A DNA stretch of 63,973 bases, counting the filler, from Trypethelium eluteriae (Eukaryota): assembly GCA_051942245.1 (NCBI GenBank). It is 3 parts of 3 records of this genome, joined end to end, with 100 filler letters (N's around TTAATTAATTAA, not from the genome) between each part and the next. Parts side by side here need not be neighbours in the genome. Positions count along the whole stretch, not along the records: positions 21,911 to 43,703 come from JAVECL010000461.1; 2 more parts are not named here. One strand, 5' to 3'. A model generated the notes under the pieces. It ran no database searches, had not been told where the DNA came from, and was given only the letters and a program-made list of their open reading frames with translations. Position 1 is the stretch's first letter. Each line of letters opens with the position of its first letter. This document shows, one piece after another, positions 32,126 to 43,703 of this stretch. Position numbers and translations under genes: made by a program.

Positions 32126-33871
32126 ATGACCGGTACTGCAACTACCCAGTATGTGCTCACCTCTAACTCGTTTGCAAGGCTTGCCATTTCTTTCACAGTC
32201 CTCATCGCCACCTCATACTTTGGACGCATCTTGTATGATGCCTTCCTCGGCCCGCTCAGCAAATTTCCAGGCCCCAAACTTCGAGCAGTGAGCAAGGTCC
32301 CTGGGCTGTATACCACAATCACCGGCCGGGATGCCTTTGTTCGCTCAGAACTCCACGAGAAATATGGACCCGTTGTCCGTGTCAATCCCACGGAGCTATC
32401 ATTCAACGGCGGTGCCGAGGCTTGGGAAGCAATATACAGCTTTAAGAAGCCAAAGCCGCTTCGAGATCCCCAATTCTATGCTGTTGGCGTCAACGGCTGT
32501 CCAGATGTGGTCACCGCCGATGAAGAAAACCACTCAAGGCAACGGAAAATCCTGTCTACTGGTTTTAGTGACCAAGCGATGAAGGGATACGAACCACTGT
32601 TGAAGTCATGGGCTCAGAAGATGATCACGGAGATGTCGGAGCTGGCCGGCAAGGGCGGCAAAGTCGATATGCTCAAGTATCTCAACTGCACCACGTTCGA
32701 TATCATGGGTGAGTGGTATATACGCTCGAAGAACAGGTCAGGTCACAGTCTCATTGTTTTCAGGGGACCTAGCGTTCGGCGAAGGCTTGGGAATGCTCGA
32801 AGACGGCGAGCTCTCGCCGTGGGTGCAAACTATCTTCGCTGGATTCAAAGCTGGGACGTTTTGGCGCTGTGTGATGCAGTACTCGGCGATTACTAGCTGG
32901 TTGGTCGGGAGGCTCCTTTTCAACAGCAAGCAGGTCCGTGTGAAGCAGTGGGAGAACTTCGAGTATTGTCAGAGTCGCATGGATAAAAGGCTTGCTCGCG
33001 AACCTGCGCATTCTGATCTTTGGTCGAGGATACGGTCCAAGTCCGATAGCGCTGAGAATTTAAGTCGAGATGAATACCATTCGAATGCTGTCACGTTCAT
33101 GGTGGCTGGTGAGCGGGCTCGAGTCTGGGCTGTGCGCTTTTCATTACTTGCTGACCGCGTAGTACAGGGACCGAGACTACTGCTACGGCCCTCAGTGGTT
33201 TGATCTACTTTCTCCACCAGGCCGACAACAGGCATGCTCTGAACAAGCTGAAAGCAGAAGTCCGCGGCAAGTTCTCCAGCTTTGGAGACACCACCTTGGA
33301 GAGCCTGGCCCGTTTAGAGTACATGCACGCTATCATCCAGGAAGGACTCCGGATGTACCCACCCGTAGGTTTTCTTAAACTCCAACAGCAGCGGGAATTG
33401 ACCAAATGCCGTAGGCTCCGAGTCAACTTCCACGACGAACACCTTCCGGAGGTATGATAATCTACGGCCAATTCATACCGGGCAATATCACTGTCGACGT
33501 ACATCCCTTGGCTACATTCAAGTCGCCGACACACTTCAAGAACCCGCAGAAATTTCGACCAGAGCGGTGGCTTGGTGATCCTGAGTATAAGGATGATCAT
33601 TTGGATGCAGTGGAGCCATTCTCGTATGGTCCTCAGAACTGTTTGGGCAAAGTCGGATAATAATCTACCTTTTGAGTATGGAAAGCGTGCTGACATATAT
33701 ATCTAGAGCCTTGCCTGGCATGAAATGCGACTGCTCCTGGCAGCTCTCATCCTCAGCTTCGACATTGAACCTGCAGCCGAAACCAAAGATTGGATCGATC
33801 AGAAGATCTACGTGTTGTGGGAGAAGAAGCCACTCATGTGCGCACTGAGACGAGTCTCCGAATCTCCCTAG
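32126..33871 (+). CDS. Cytochrome P450 #2 (CYP65/Tri11-like)
   Basis: GPLSKFPGPK, YGPVVRVNPTELSF, TTFDIMGDLAFGE, MVAGTETTAT, EGLRMYPP, FRPERW, EPFSYGPQNCLGK; four introns; stop at 33869-33871. Confidence 0.92.
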
Positions 33872-33876
33872 ATAGG

Positions 33877-35600
33877 TCAAGAGTTTCCTTCGCGCTTTCG
33901 AATACGCATCCTAGCACTGGGATCGGCAAGTCGAACGATCTCGTGCTTGATGTCTTGGGGTCGATCATCACCAGGAACGTACTCGAAGTCGTACTCCAAG
34001 AGTAAAATGCATAGCGCAATCTTTATTTCATTCGAAGCAAAGAATCGACCTGGGCAGGCATGCTCGCCTTGTTCGGTCTCGTCAGCAGTTGTAGTAAAAG
34101 TCTCGGTGGGAAGCAACACTACCGAATCCAAAGCCCATTTGATCAGCCGAAGGAGTGCTGAATTGGTGTTGATTTTGTTCTCCTGGTCGTTCTCGTAGTT
34201 TTGCGAATCGCCTCATGTCGAACGTTTCGGCATTCGGGAAGTGCTCCGAAGAGTGAGCCCAGTCGTTCATGACCATCAATGTGCTACCCTTGGGAATCAC
34301 AGTGCCGTCGGACAGTGTGAGTGGAGCTCGAGCAAAGCGTAACATGGAGGCTAGAAAAAACGGATCAGTGCTTGTTTCGTGGGCAGAAGTGCGAGGATCC
34401 TTACTGGCGAGTAGGTCCCTCACTCTCTGACATTCCCTCATGAAGCTGTCCAGCAACCTCATATCCTGCAGTGCTTGCTTTGTCCATCCACTATCGTCAA
34501 GAACGCGGCGGCAATCTTCGCGCAGTGGTTCGATCAGCTCTGGCATGTCACACAGCTGCAGCAGGCACATCGTCATCGTTTCGGAGCTCAGGTGAATAGC
34601 GGCGAGACTGAAAGAAAGCTGGGCAGCAGCGTAGTCTATTTTTCGCCCTCTTGCACATTCCACCATCCAGCCGATCGCATCAGAGGCTTTTGACGATCCC
34701 TCGCTCTCTGAAGAGCTAGCCTGCATCTGAGCTTTCCTCCGATCGACGACTGGCTGGATGAGTACCTGTGCTCTCTTGTAATAATGCCTTGCTTGTGTGC
34801 AATTTTTGGAAAACCAATGGATGATAGGCCTAGCCAGTGCATGCTGTGAACGCAGCTCGCTAATGGCCTCGAAGCTGCTATAGGTGTAGTTCTTGGTGAT
34901 ATCTAGCCAGTCTGGGTTGCGGCAGAGCTCAAGCCCAAGGAAGACCCGAGAAGAGAGTCCTGCAACTAGCGATCAGTGGAATTGGGAGTAGAATGACGTG
35001 AGCATGTTCCGCACGAGCAATGATATCCTGGACGTCCGATTTGATTACATGAGTCTGCCATTCCTTACTTTCTCCAAAGATGTCGCGGTACGTCAACTGC
35101 GTCTCTTCGAACAGGGCTAGATCACGGAATCAGAGATCAGCACATTCAGCCGAAGAGAAATGTATAAGGGTGGTATGAACGTTACCTGTGGTAATCAGAC
35201 CCAAGCTTTGCGTAAGCTTCTTCCTAACAACTTCTTGGATGAAGGTATCATTTTCCAGAATTTCTCGAAATGGCTGGAGACCTGGATATGAGGTGAAACT
35301 GTCCCGAGCGTGGGCGTCGTTGAAGCTGAGGTCTGGATGGTTCTTGAGTTCTGCCGCAAATCGATTCGGGACTACTATCTTGAAGTTCGTCCCGGTCTGG
35401 ACCTGGAAGCAGCTCCGGAACTTCTTGCCATGCTCAAGCAGTGCTCGGCCATTCTGTAGATACTCGTTGCGATCAGCGGAGAGCACAGGTATTGTTGCGT
35501 AAGGTTTCTTGTTGTTCTGGCTGTAAAAGAGCCAGATCACGAGTATTGTTACTCCAAGAACAAGTGCGGTCCAGCCGGGCAAGAGGCCGTGATACTCCAT
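33877..35600 (-). CDS. Cytochrome P450 #3 (CYP68/ent-kaurene oxidase-like group)
   Basis: N-terminal TM; VVRKKLTQSL, LSSRVFLGLELCRNPDWL, AAIHLSS, LDSFMRECQR, FGFG|EHACPGRFFASNEIK; multi-exon. Confidence 0.92.
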
Positions 35601-35910
35601 GGCAGTGGTGCGGGACCAGATGGAGCTACTCGCGAGACACTCGTGGAGTGGCTTTTGGCGAGTCGAAGGATCTTACAAAGCTGAAACACGATGTTGGTGA
35701 CGTCGCGATTAGCGTCTTCTTCAATCGGAAGGATTGCGGCGCTCGGCTAACACCGCTAATATGCTGTCTTCATGTATATTTACGGATAAGTTGTTTTAGG
35801 GTTCTGGGGTTTGGGCCTGACAATCCGTCTTCCCCGCTAGTGTGCGGTAATCTACTTCGTGATCCACTTGAAAAGGATGCAAACCCTTGCGGGTCATGTT
35901 GCATTTTGTA

Positions 35911-36849
35911 CTATGTACGTGCCCCAAGACTTGCCAGCCATACCGGCAGCAATCCAAAAAGGGTAGCTAAACCCCATGGATACACGGCGGAACGTGGCTT
36001 ATGTAGCGCAAGAGCGGCGAAAGCTCCCCAGAAGACGGTGGATCGAACGACGGATAGTACGGCACTTCCACCACCAAGAAGCGTGATAGACAAATCGCCC
36101 ATCATTGTGCTCCCGCCCAAGAAGATCAAGGTAGGACGAACACCAAATGCAGTAGCCAAAGTCGTGATGTTGTTCTGTTCATCTTCTTGGATATCTCGCA
36201 CATCACAAATTGACTCCCAAAGGAAGTCGTAAGTGATTGTGTACATCAAGACTCGAAAGTGCCCCGCGCTTGAAGCATTCTCCGGATGAAGCATGGTTCC
36301 GCGAAGATACAACACGACTGCGGTGACGTCCATGAGCCCGATGCATGTTGCACCGAAGAGGGACTTGAAGGGCCCGAGGAAGTACTTGAGCTTGACCGTG
36401 GAGATGCTCCCGGTTTTCCACGAGTACACGGGGATCAGTGGCATCGCGTGTACGACGGCGAGCAAGGGAACGCCGAGCAGTCGGAGAAGTGCTAAGAGAC
36501 CACAATGCATTGTGCCGTAAACGGCAAGAACAACGAAAGGGCTGGCAAAGACGACAATAGTCATGAGCCAAGTTTTCCTCGTCTGCCGGGGGAGGTCCGC
36601 GGCCTTGTCCATGACTGCATCAAAAAGTCAGCTTCGATTCTAGACGGTGTTTGACGGCGATATTGACTTACCGTCGATCAGCACGGAGAGAGCGAAAAGT
36701 AGCACAAGTATCGGGGCATCGCGCGGCTGGTTATCTTCAAGCGTCACTCGCGTTGCGCTTACTGCAGGTGGGATGTGCATCGCTCCATTGATGACGGGAA
36801 GCAGGAAGCTTGCTCCCACGATCGACCGCGTAAACTCTGGTTGAGACAT
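35911..36849 (-). CDS. UbiA-superfamily membrane protein (prenyltransferase or class I terpene cyclase), about 293 aa
   Basis: Exons 36849-36672 and 36614-35911. Splicing creates DVMDKAAD; the second Asp-rich motif is [16 protein letters not shown]; multiple TM helices. Confidence 0.8.
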
Positions 36850-37230
36850 GCTGTTGGCCGGACGTCGACGGTGACAATAGAAGGTCTTCCGTTGTGAAGG
36901 ATGACGAATTGATTCAAAAGATTTCTCCGGTATTAGATTTGTACCTACTAAAAAGCAAAAACGATGAGCAGGACAGTAGTGCCTTCGTGTCACATGCAAA
37001 AGCAAGGCCCCACTTCTGCGAGGCAGGTAGAGTATAGAGACTAGAGACACCGGAGAGTCGTATAAGTAACCTTATTTGACGCTTCGGTCCGCATCCAAAT
37101 CCTAAAAGCGGTGAAGCCTAAAAACGACATGTAGATAAGACTGCAGGATCAGCTTGGCCCCACAGTCAGCAGCCACTGGTGATCCTTCGTGTGGTTTGGC
37201 AACGAAGCTCCCCCACCACGGTCACGACGC

Positions 37231-37330
37231 TGAGAGCACGAAGTGCACGAACAAAAAGTGGAGAGAAGGATGGTCGGTCTAGCTAGCTAGTGCGGGATGG
37301 GCTATGTACGCACACGGGGTGCCTGCCTGC
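37231..37330 (-). mobile_element. Second, partial copy of the short LTR at 31491-31623
   Basis: TGAGAGCACGAAGTGCACGA...GAGAGAAGGATGGT.GGT.TAGCTAGCTAGTGCGGGATG.GCTATGTACG..CACGG.GTGCCTGCC is shared with 31493-31594. Confidence 0.8.
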
Positions 37331-37419
37331 CCATCTGTACGGCTTCTTGGTACGCGTCAGCAATTTTAATTCACCATTACCACGAGCATTTACGATCGTT
37401 TCATTCAATCAAGAGCATC

Positions 37420-38518
37420 ATGTTGAATCTCACAAACGTAGATGATGCACTTCATAAGGGCGAAGAGTGGCTCGAGACCAACAAGAAGACATTCCTTTCT
37501 GAGACAGAAACCGGCATCTCGTTCAAAGACAACTTCGCCGATCTGCTTCTATTAGAGCTATCTAACAGATGGTGAGTAATAATCTCCTAGTTTCAGTCGG
37601 GAGCGTTCCAATAACAGATAGATCTCAGGGACTATGTAGATCTTCGAGTACCAGAACGACGATGGCATTATTTCGCTGGCGAGTGCTAGACTCTGACGAC
37701 TTACCATATTGGTACTGACTTTGCGATAGTCAAGCCGGTCATTGTACCAGAAGATTACCCCGAAGACAACGACACCAATGCTGTCGCCTTTTCCATCTTG
37801 AAGCCAACCGATTCGAGAGCTAAGGTATTAATTGACGAAATCTTAGCGTGTAAGAATGCAGATGGTATCGTACAAGTATCAAGACTCCCGAGACTTTCGT
37901 GATGTACTGGGGCTCACAGACTATCAGGTTCACCTGGACCCAAACCGGCCAAGGATAGCCCCTGAAGTCAGTGCCAACATTCTCTCGCTCTTCTACAGCT
38001 ATGGCCGCGGCCACGAAGTTCAAGAGTCTCTGAGCTACCTGCAGAAAGCAATGGCCTTGGAGGAGTACCAAGAGTCGCGATACTATTTCCTCCCAGAACC
38101 GCTGTTCTTCTACACCTGGCGCCTCCTATGCATCGCTTCAGGTTCGGCTCTCGAAACAATCGACAATCAGCGCTTACCCAAGGAGCTGCATACGCTAAGA
38201 GATCATTTGATCAGACGTGTGAGTGCGCGTTTAGGTACTGCGAAGGACAATGCGTTGTGTCCTGCACTACGTATTTTGATCTGTCACTCGCTGGGAATCA
38301 AGAACGACGTTGATCTCCAGCTTTTGCTCGACTTACAAGAGGACGATGGCAGCTTCGGGAGGGCCTGGTACGTCAGGTACGGCTCAAATGGGATCAGGAT
38401 ATCTCATCGAGCTTTCGCTGTCGTGGTTGCTATCGTGGCTCTACGGAGACTTAAACAGCACATGGTCGGGATGAAAACGGCAGTAGTGAATGGGGTTAAT
38501 GGCACAACGGCTCGCTGA
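37420..38518 (+). CDS. Class II terpene cyclase beta-domain of the AstC/DrtB (HAD-like terpene cyclase) type, without the HAD domain; about 312 aa
   Basis: Exons 37420-37571, 37629-37678, 37730-37875, 37928-38518. Motifs [24 protein letters not shown] (DxDT), [38 protein letters not shown] (QW-like). Confidence 0.8.
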
Positions 38519-40111
38519 ATCAATATACAGCGGTAAAGACATTGGTCATCTCTTAAAACCTCCCGCTACGTTGATCGAGTTTTCGTTGTGGAGACTCTGT
38601 TGCGGACCGCAGGCGGACTTTTCGATTCGCGAGATGATCGATGCTTTCTACCATGTATGCATTGACATAGCCGACTCGTGCTAGATCTGCCGTTGTAAGC
38701 CTGGCGTACTAATGCGGTGAATGCGTTCGTGGGCCGAGCCATGTGACGTAGCTGAGCGGATGCTGTTCATCGTCCAGTGCGCATTTCCCCGGTCGCCAAC
38801 CTCCCCCAAGTCTCTCAAGGCACTTGGCTAAAACGTTGTCCGGTGTAAGACTGCGGGAAGGACATTCAAGGATTGGAGACAAGAAAGCGTAAGCAGGTAA
38901 ACAGAATCTGTCAACTCTACCCGTCAGTTGCTGGACTGTACCGTGTAGGAAAGGCCCTTGATCTGATGTCGAGTTGGGACTTCTCCAGTCTTCTAGGCAA
39001 AGCGGAGAGAAATGCGAGTTTGCAAGGAGTGCACGGTGGAGGGCACCGGGGAGGGTGGAGAGTGGGAGCCGCCGTCTCACTTGCATGAGGTGGGAGGATC
39101 GCGCCAAGCCCGTCACATCCACTGATGTCCATCTCATCCACGCCTCCCAAGCACGGAGAAAGCTGATTTCTGCGCCAGCAAGGTTCGAAGGTTTGGACCC
39201 TTCGTCAGCACGACTGCACGAGCGAGGTTTGCATGCCGCTAGAAAGACTGAAAACAATCCTCGTCCACCATCGGACATGCAGCAAAGGATTCACGACCCG
39301 CAAATGCAGTACGCTCGCTGGAGTGATTGGCCTCTCGCGCCCTCCATCGCTCGTAATGATAAGGGCATCCAACATGATCATCATACGCTCGGTTCACTAG
39401 AGTCCCCACGCCCGTCCCACGACCTCCTCCTCCTCCACCACTAGATGCATCTCGAAAGAAGCCCCGCCAGTTGACCGTGCTCCGCATGTAAGACCCACGG
39501 GGTCCCCTCATCGGCCGCTCTTCCATTGCTTGTCACGCTTGTCACGCTTGTCTGTCACAAAACATCTCTGTGTCACGCTGCCGCCATGTCTGACAAAGCA
39601 TCCTCAGACAACCAGGAGGTCGTTATCTCAGCAGGGCTCAGACGGCAGAGCCAAGGGGGCCAAAGGGTGGCGCTACGTTCAATTAGCGCTTTATTAGCGC
39701 AATATAGTGTTAACCCTTTGGCTTCCTGGCTCTGCCGTCTAAGTGCCTTTGGAGTCTGTCTTTAAGGCGTGCTGTAAAGGGTGTTTGTGGTAGTGTGAGA
39801 ATGGTAGGCAGTGTATATTAGAGACTAACTTCTGGCGAGCCCTCTGCGGGGCCCCGCCGAGAAGATATAGGTATCTTACGGCGGAAGGGGATTTCCGAAC
39901 AGAATGTGGACAGCCTGTGAGCAGATGGGACCTATGTTGAAAAAGATGTATGTAAAGGGTTTGTTAAATATAATAGCTGTTTTCATCCTAACATCTGTTT
40001 AGATGATAATTATAAGTATCTTATAATTGGGTGCATTAGGAGCTTGCGTGCGAGCATTGTCAGCCATAGTAATTTGGGTGGATAGCTATAATGGGGTAAA
40101 ATTTGGGTGTA

Positions 40112-40506
40112 CAGTGGGATTTTTTGAAGTGGGACAGCGCTAGACATGGAGCTCCTGACTATCACCAATCAGTATTCGTACTAGCCTTGGCTAGTCCCAG
40201 GTGCTAACCCACGTATAGACTTAGTACTCTTTAGATCAACTAATCAAAAGAACTTACAGCAGCGGCATCGATCCAATCAAGGATTAGAGCTGTTATTAAA
40301 AGCCAATCGAGATATGCACCATATGACCCTTGTCTAGCGCTGTCCCACTTCAAAAAATCCCACTGTACTTATCAGATCAACTGATCAAAAGAATTTACAG
40401 TAGCGGCACCTATCCAACCAAGGACTAGAGCTGTTATTAAAAGCCAATCAGAATATGCATCATGTGACCCTTGTTTAGCGCTGTCCCACTTCAAAAAATC
40501 CCACTG
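40112..40506 (+). mobile_element. Non-autonomous Tc1/mariner-type element (MITE-like) with a duplicated right end
   Basis: 35-nt TIR CAGTGGGATTTTTTGAAGTGGGACAGCGCTAGACA at 40112-40146; inverted copies at 40331-40365 (perfect) and 40472-40506 (one mismatch); each end is flanked by TA. Confidence 0.85.
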
Positions 40507-41181
40507 TACCCCGTACGGCTTTTTTTGTCTAGGGCGTGCCCACAAACAATCACGACCGGGACCGGGATCACATGGCATTGGAAAGCGGCTAATGCTTAGT
40601 CATGATTTACAGCACCGTGCCGTGGTAACACAACGCGTAAATATTAAAATGAGGACACAGGGAGAAAAGTAAAAGTGTCATGGAATGAGTACGAGATCTA
40701 CGTTGCGCTATGGTCTAGATGTCCTGAACAAGCTCCCAGATGAGCAGGAGTTCGAGCCTGCCTGCTATCTTGCCTTGGCCGCTTCCTTGATGTACGAAGC
40801 AATGGCGTTCGTGCTGTAAGAGAAGCAGGAGCAGCAGATATGACCCACAGAGAAAACAATAGGGCTTGGAAGGTACCTACAGTGAAGCTCCAAAGAGATA
40901 AGAAATTATCGCATCTCGTCTCCGAGCGTTGTTCTTTTCCTCAAGAATCCCACTCTTCCCTTCAAGAATCCCAATCTTTTCGCTATCACTACTAGCAATC
41001 ACTACAAATATGTTTGCCTACCTTATATCTCGGCTGATCTATCGCACCACCCGCCGCCAGCCTCCTCATTATCTGTCCACCAGTCAAAGGTAAATTTGAC
41101 AAACCACCTCCTAACACTCGATTTCCTTGACCTTTTGTTCCTGTTGCCCTGGTTCCGCAAGATGCCACCTCACTTAACCCG

Positions 41182-41447
41182 ACACATTTTCTCATTACCA
41201 GGTCGATAGCCAATTCATTCCCTTCACAGCAGTCCTGTCCGAAGCACCTGCGGCTGCATGACTGCAAGACACAAGCTTCACACAAACATGCCACATTATC
41301 GCGCCCTTTAACATATATTCTCATTACCAGGTTGATAGCGAGTTCTCTCCTTTCATAGCAGTCCTGTCTAAAGTATCTACGTCCATATAGCAACAAGACA
41401 CAAGCTTCACATTGACCTCATCGCGCCTCTCAACACATGTTCTCATC
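41182..41447. repeat. Diverged tandem duplication, about 130-nt period
   Basis: TTCTCATTACCAGGT.GATAGC...CAGTCCTGTC..AAG.A.CT.CG...CAAGACACAAGCTTCACA occurs twice, with a third partial start. Confidence 0.7.
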
Positions 41448-43079
41448 TAAAGTCCTGCATTCGTTTCACTCTGCCATATCCGTTCGGCTTCGATCCCCGA
41501 GACCCCCATTATGCGCATGATCCCATTCTCACGCTCATCCATTACAATCAAGCTGACAGCTGCATAGGGCGGGCTCATACCGGAGCCACGAAAATCGCAC
41601 GAGGACGCAGGGCGAGTTCTGGCGCGAGGGTGCGATGATAACGATAGGGGCTATTCCTGTATGGTTATTCGGACAAGGGCTTGAGGAAGCTGGTCTCGAC
41701 GAGTATCTCAGGTCCCTGGTCCACCACATCACGTCTGGAGCCGTCCTGTCGAAAGTGATTTGGCTTGGGCAAAGGTTCGGGCGGCAACGGATGGAGGAAG
41801 AGGAGCGCCTCGAGGCGGTGGCAATGCTTGTGGAAAATTAGCATTCTTTTTTTGCATCGTCAACATTCTCTCTTCAAAAAAAAAGGGAGAGGGGGGGGGG
41901 TTTAGTGTCTCTCTCCTACTGGTGCTCTTGATTCGGCTAACCAATAAGACAGGAAAAATAGTAAGCAACTTCTCCCATTGTTCATCACCTCCTGGATTGA
42001 AGCAATTCCATTGCATGTTCAACTGGCCCTCTGTGCAACCACAGCCACTTCCAACGTCTCTTTCCCTCCTAGTCTTGGCGCAAACTGACCTGATCATAGA
42101 ACAAAAATCAAAAATCGTTCCTTTCGTGTGCTGTCCTTGTTGAAGGGGAGGAGCGAAGGGATGGTGCATGTGACTACCCAAGGGCAACATCATATTGCAT
42201 CTGGTCAGGAATCTCCATTTCATGGAATTCACACTGAGGGGCCCCCCGAATGCGTGGAGACACATGCATCGACTCAGTTGGTGCTTGACTGAATTCCAGT
42301 GGCTCAACTACCAGAGCTGATCCAAACCATATACGCATAACCAAAGACCCCATTCAAGATAGGTACTTCACTTTCACCACTTTGTATCTAGCTTCCCCAG
42401 ACATCAGATGAATATGAACACTTTGTAATTACACTTTTGTCTCGCTTTGTGGCCTTCAACAGTCTTTCATATGCTGTCCTGTGAACGTCGCGCCCTAAAG
42501 AATCGAAATGTGGCATGCGTAGCAACTCAAGGCCTCAAATTCTTCCGTCGTCCAAGCCTTGCAAGTTGGGATGAGGTAGATGTCTGACTCAATTCGCAGG
42601 TTCAGATGAGACGGGATGCGAGTAGCGGGGCCGAAAATGCACATTGTCATTAGTATTTCCTCACTCAGAGATCATCAGGCAGGGTAGAGGGTGGCCAGTT
42701 GAGGAATCCCGAGGCAGAAAGAGTCGTGTCGGGTAAAATGAGGCAAATACTAGCCGTATTCACCTCAATCGAGTCTAGTCAAACTCAGAATAAGTTGTTG
42801 ATTGATTTGCCTATTGAGACTGCTGGTCAAATACACTTATTTCCATTATTGACACAGTTTTTGAGCTAGCAAAGCAAGCATTATCTTTGAGATGGTCCCT
42901 TGGGGCCATTCTCAGTATTCGGTGGTCGTAATGTCCGATTTGCGGGCTGATCCATACCTTCAAGCCAACCTCTCGCCGTCAGAAAGTATCTCTTCATGCT
43001 TCATCTGTTGCTCTTTAATCTCGCTACACCTGCTAGGCAGTCTCTTGTCAACTGGAGCCAGAGATAACTATGACTATAA

Positions 43080-43620
43080 CTTGCTCACGCCCAGCTCTGC
43101 TGCACCTACGACCTTTCGGGCTGTTTTCCCGGCATCAATTAGATCCCTGAGGTCTGTAATGAACTGCACCGAGGGACTGATTGCAGAGTGATCGGATCCC
43201 ATAATATCCACAGTGATATGCAGTGCTTTCTCGGCGGCCGAAAGAGCAGCTTCATAACTTTCGTCTTCAAGGTAGAGTCTAGCAAGGCGTTGATAGCTTC
43301 CATCGCGTCAGTTAAAGTGGTAGCTGAGTCAATATTGATCAGCATTCACGAAGGGCTCCTCACGCTTGTGATAGGTCTGTATTGATGATATTCTCCTTTT
43401 CAAGCAATTGGCAGAGTCCTTGAACTTTTCCTATGGCAATGTGTTTAGCTATTTGCTTTCTGGATGGCGGCAGTCGGTCGTAATGAGCGAAAAAGGTGAA
43501 GTCTTCAGATATGCGGTGCCGCCTATCATCACTCGTTTCGTGCCAATCGCCGCTTCCATCCTAATCGCGAAAATTAGCACTTCTTTTGGATCATAGGACT
43601 CCTCAGCTTGATCCATATAT
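43080..43620 (-). pseudogene. Degenerate TPR-like gene relic
   Basis: One frame reads LARLYLEDESYEAALSAAEKALHITVDIMGSDH (TPR-like), surrounded by stops and an apparent frameshift. Confidence 0.35.
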
Positions 43621-43664
43621 TAAGACATTTAGCATTAGTTCGCTTCCCGAGGAAAATGAAAAAG

Positions 43665-43697
<33 letters not shown>

Positions 43698-43703
43698 ATA
43701 CTG

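Noticed and set aside
38700..40080. Additional cluster genes right of the cyclase
   Set aside because: Short ORFs without recognisable motifs, plus stop-riddled AT-rich sequence; probably TE or gene debris.
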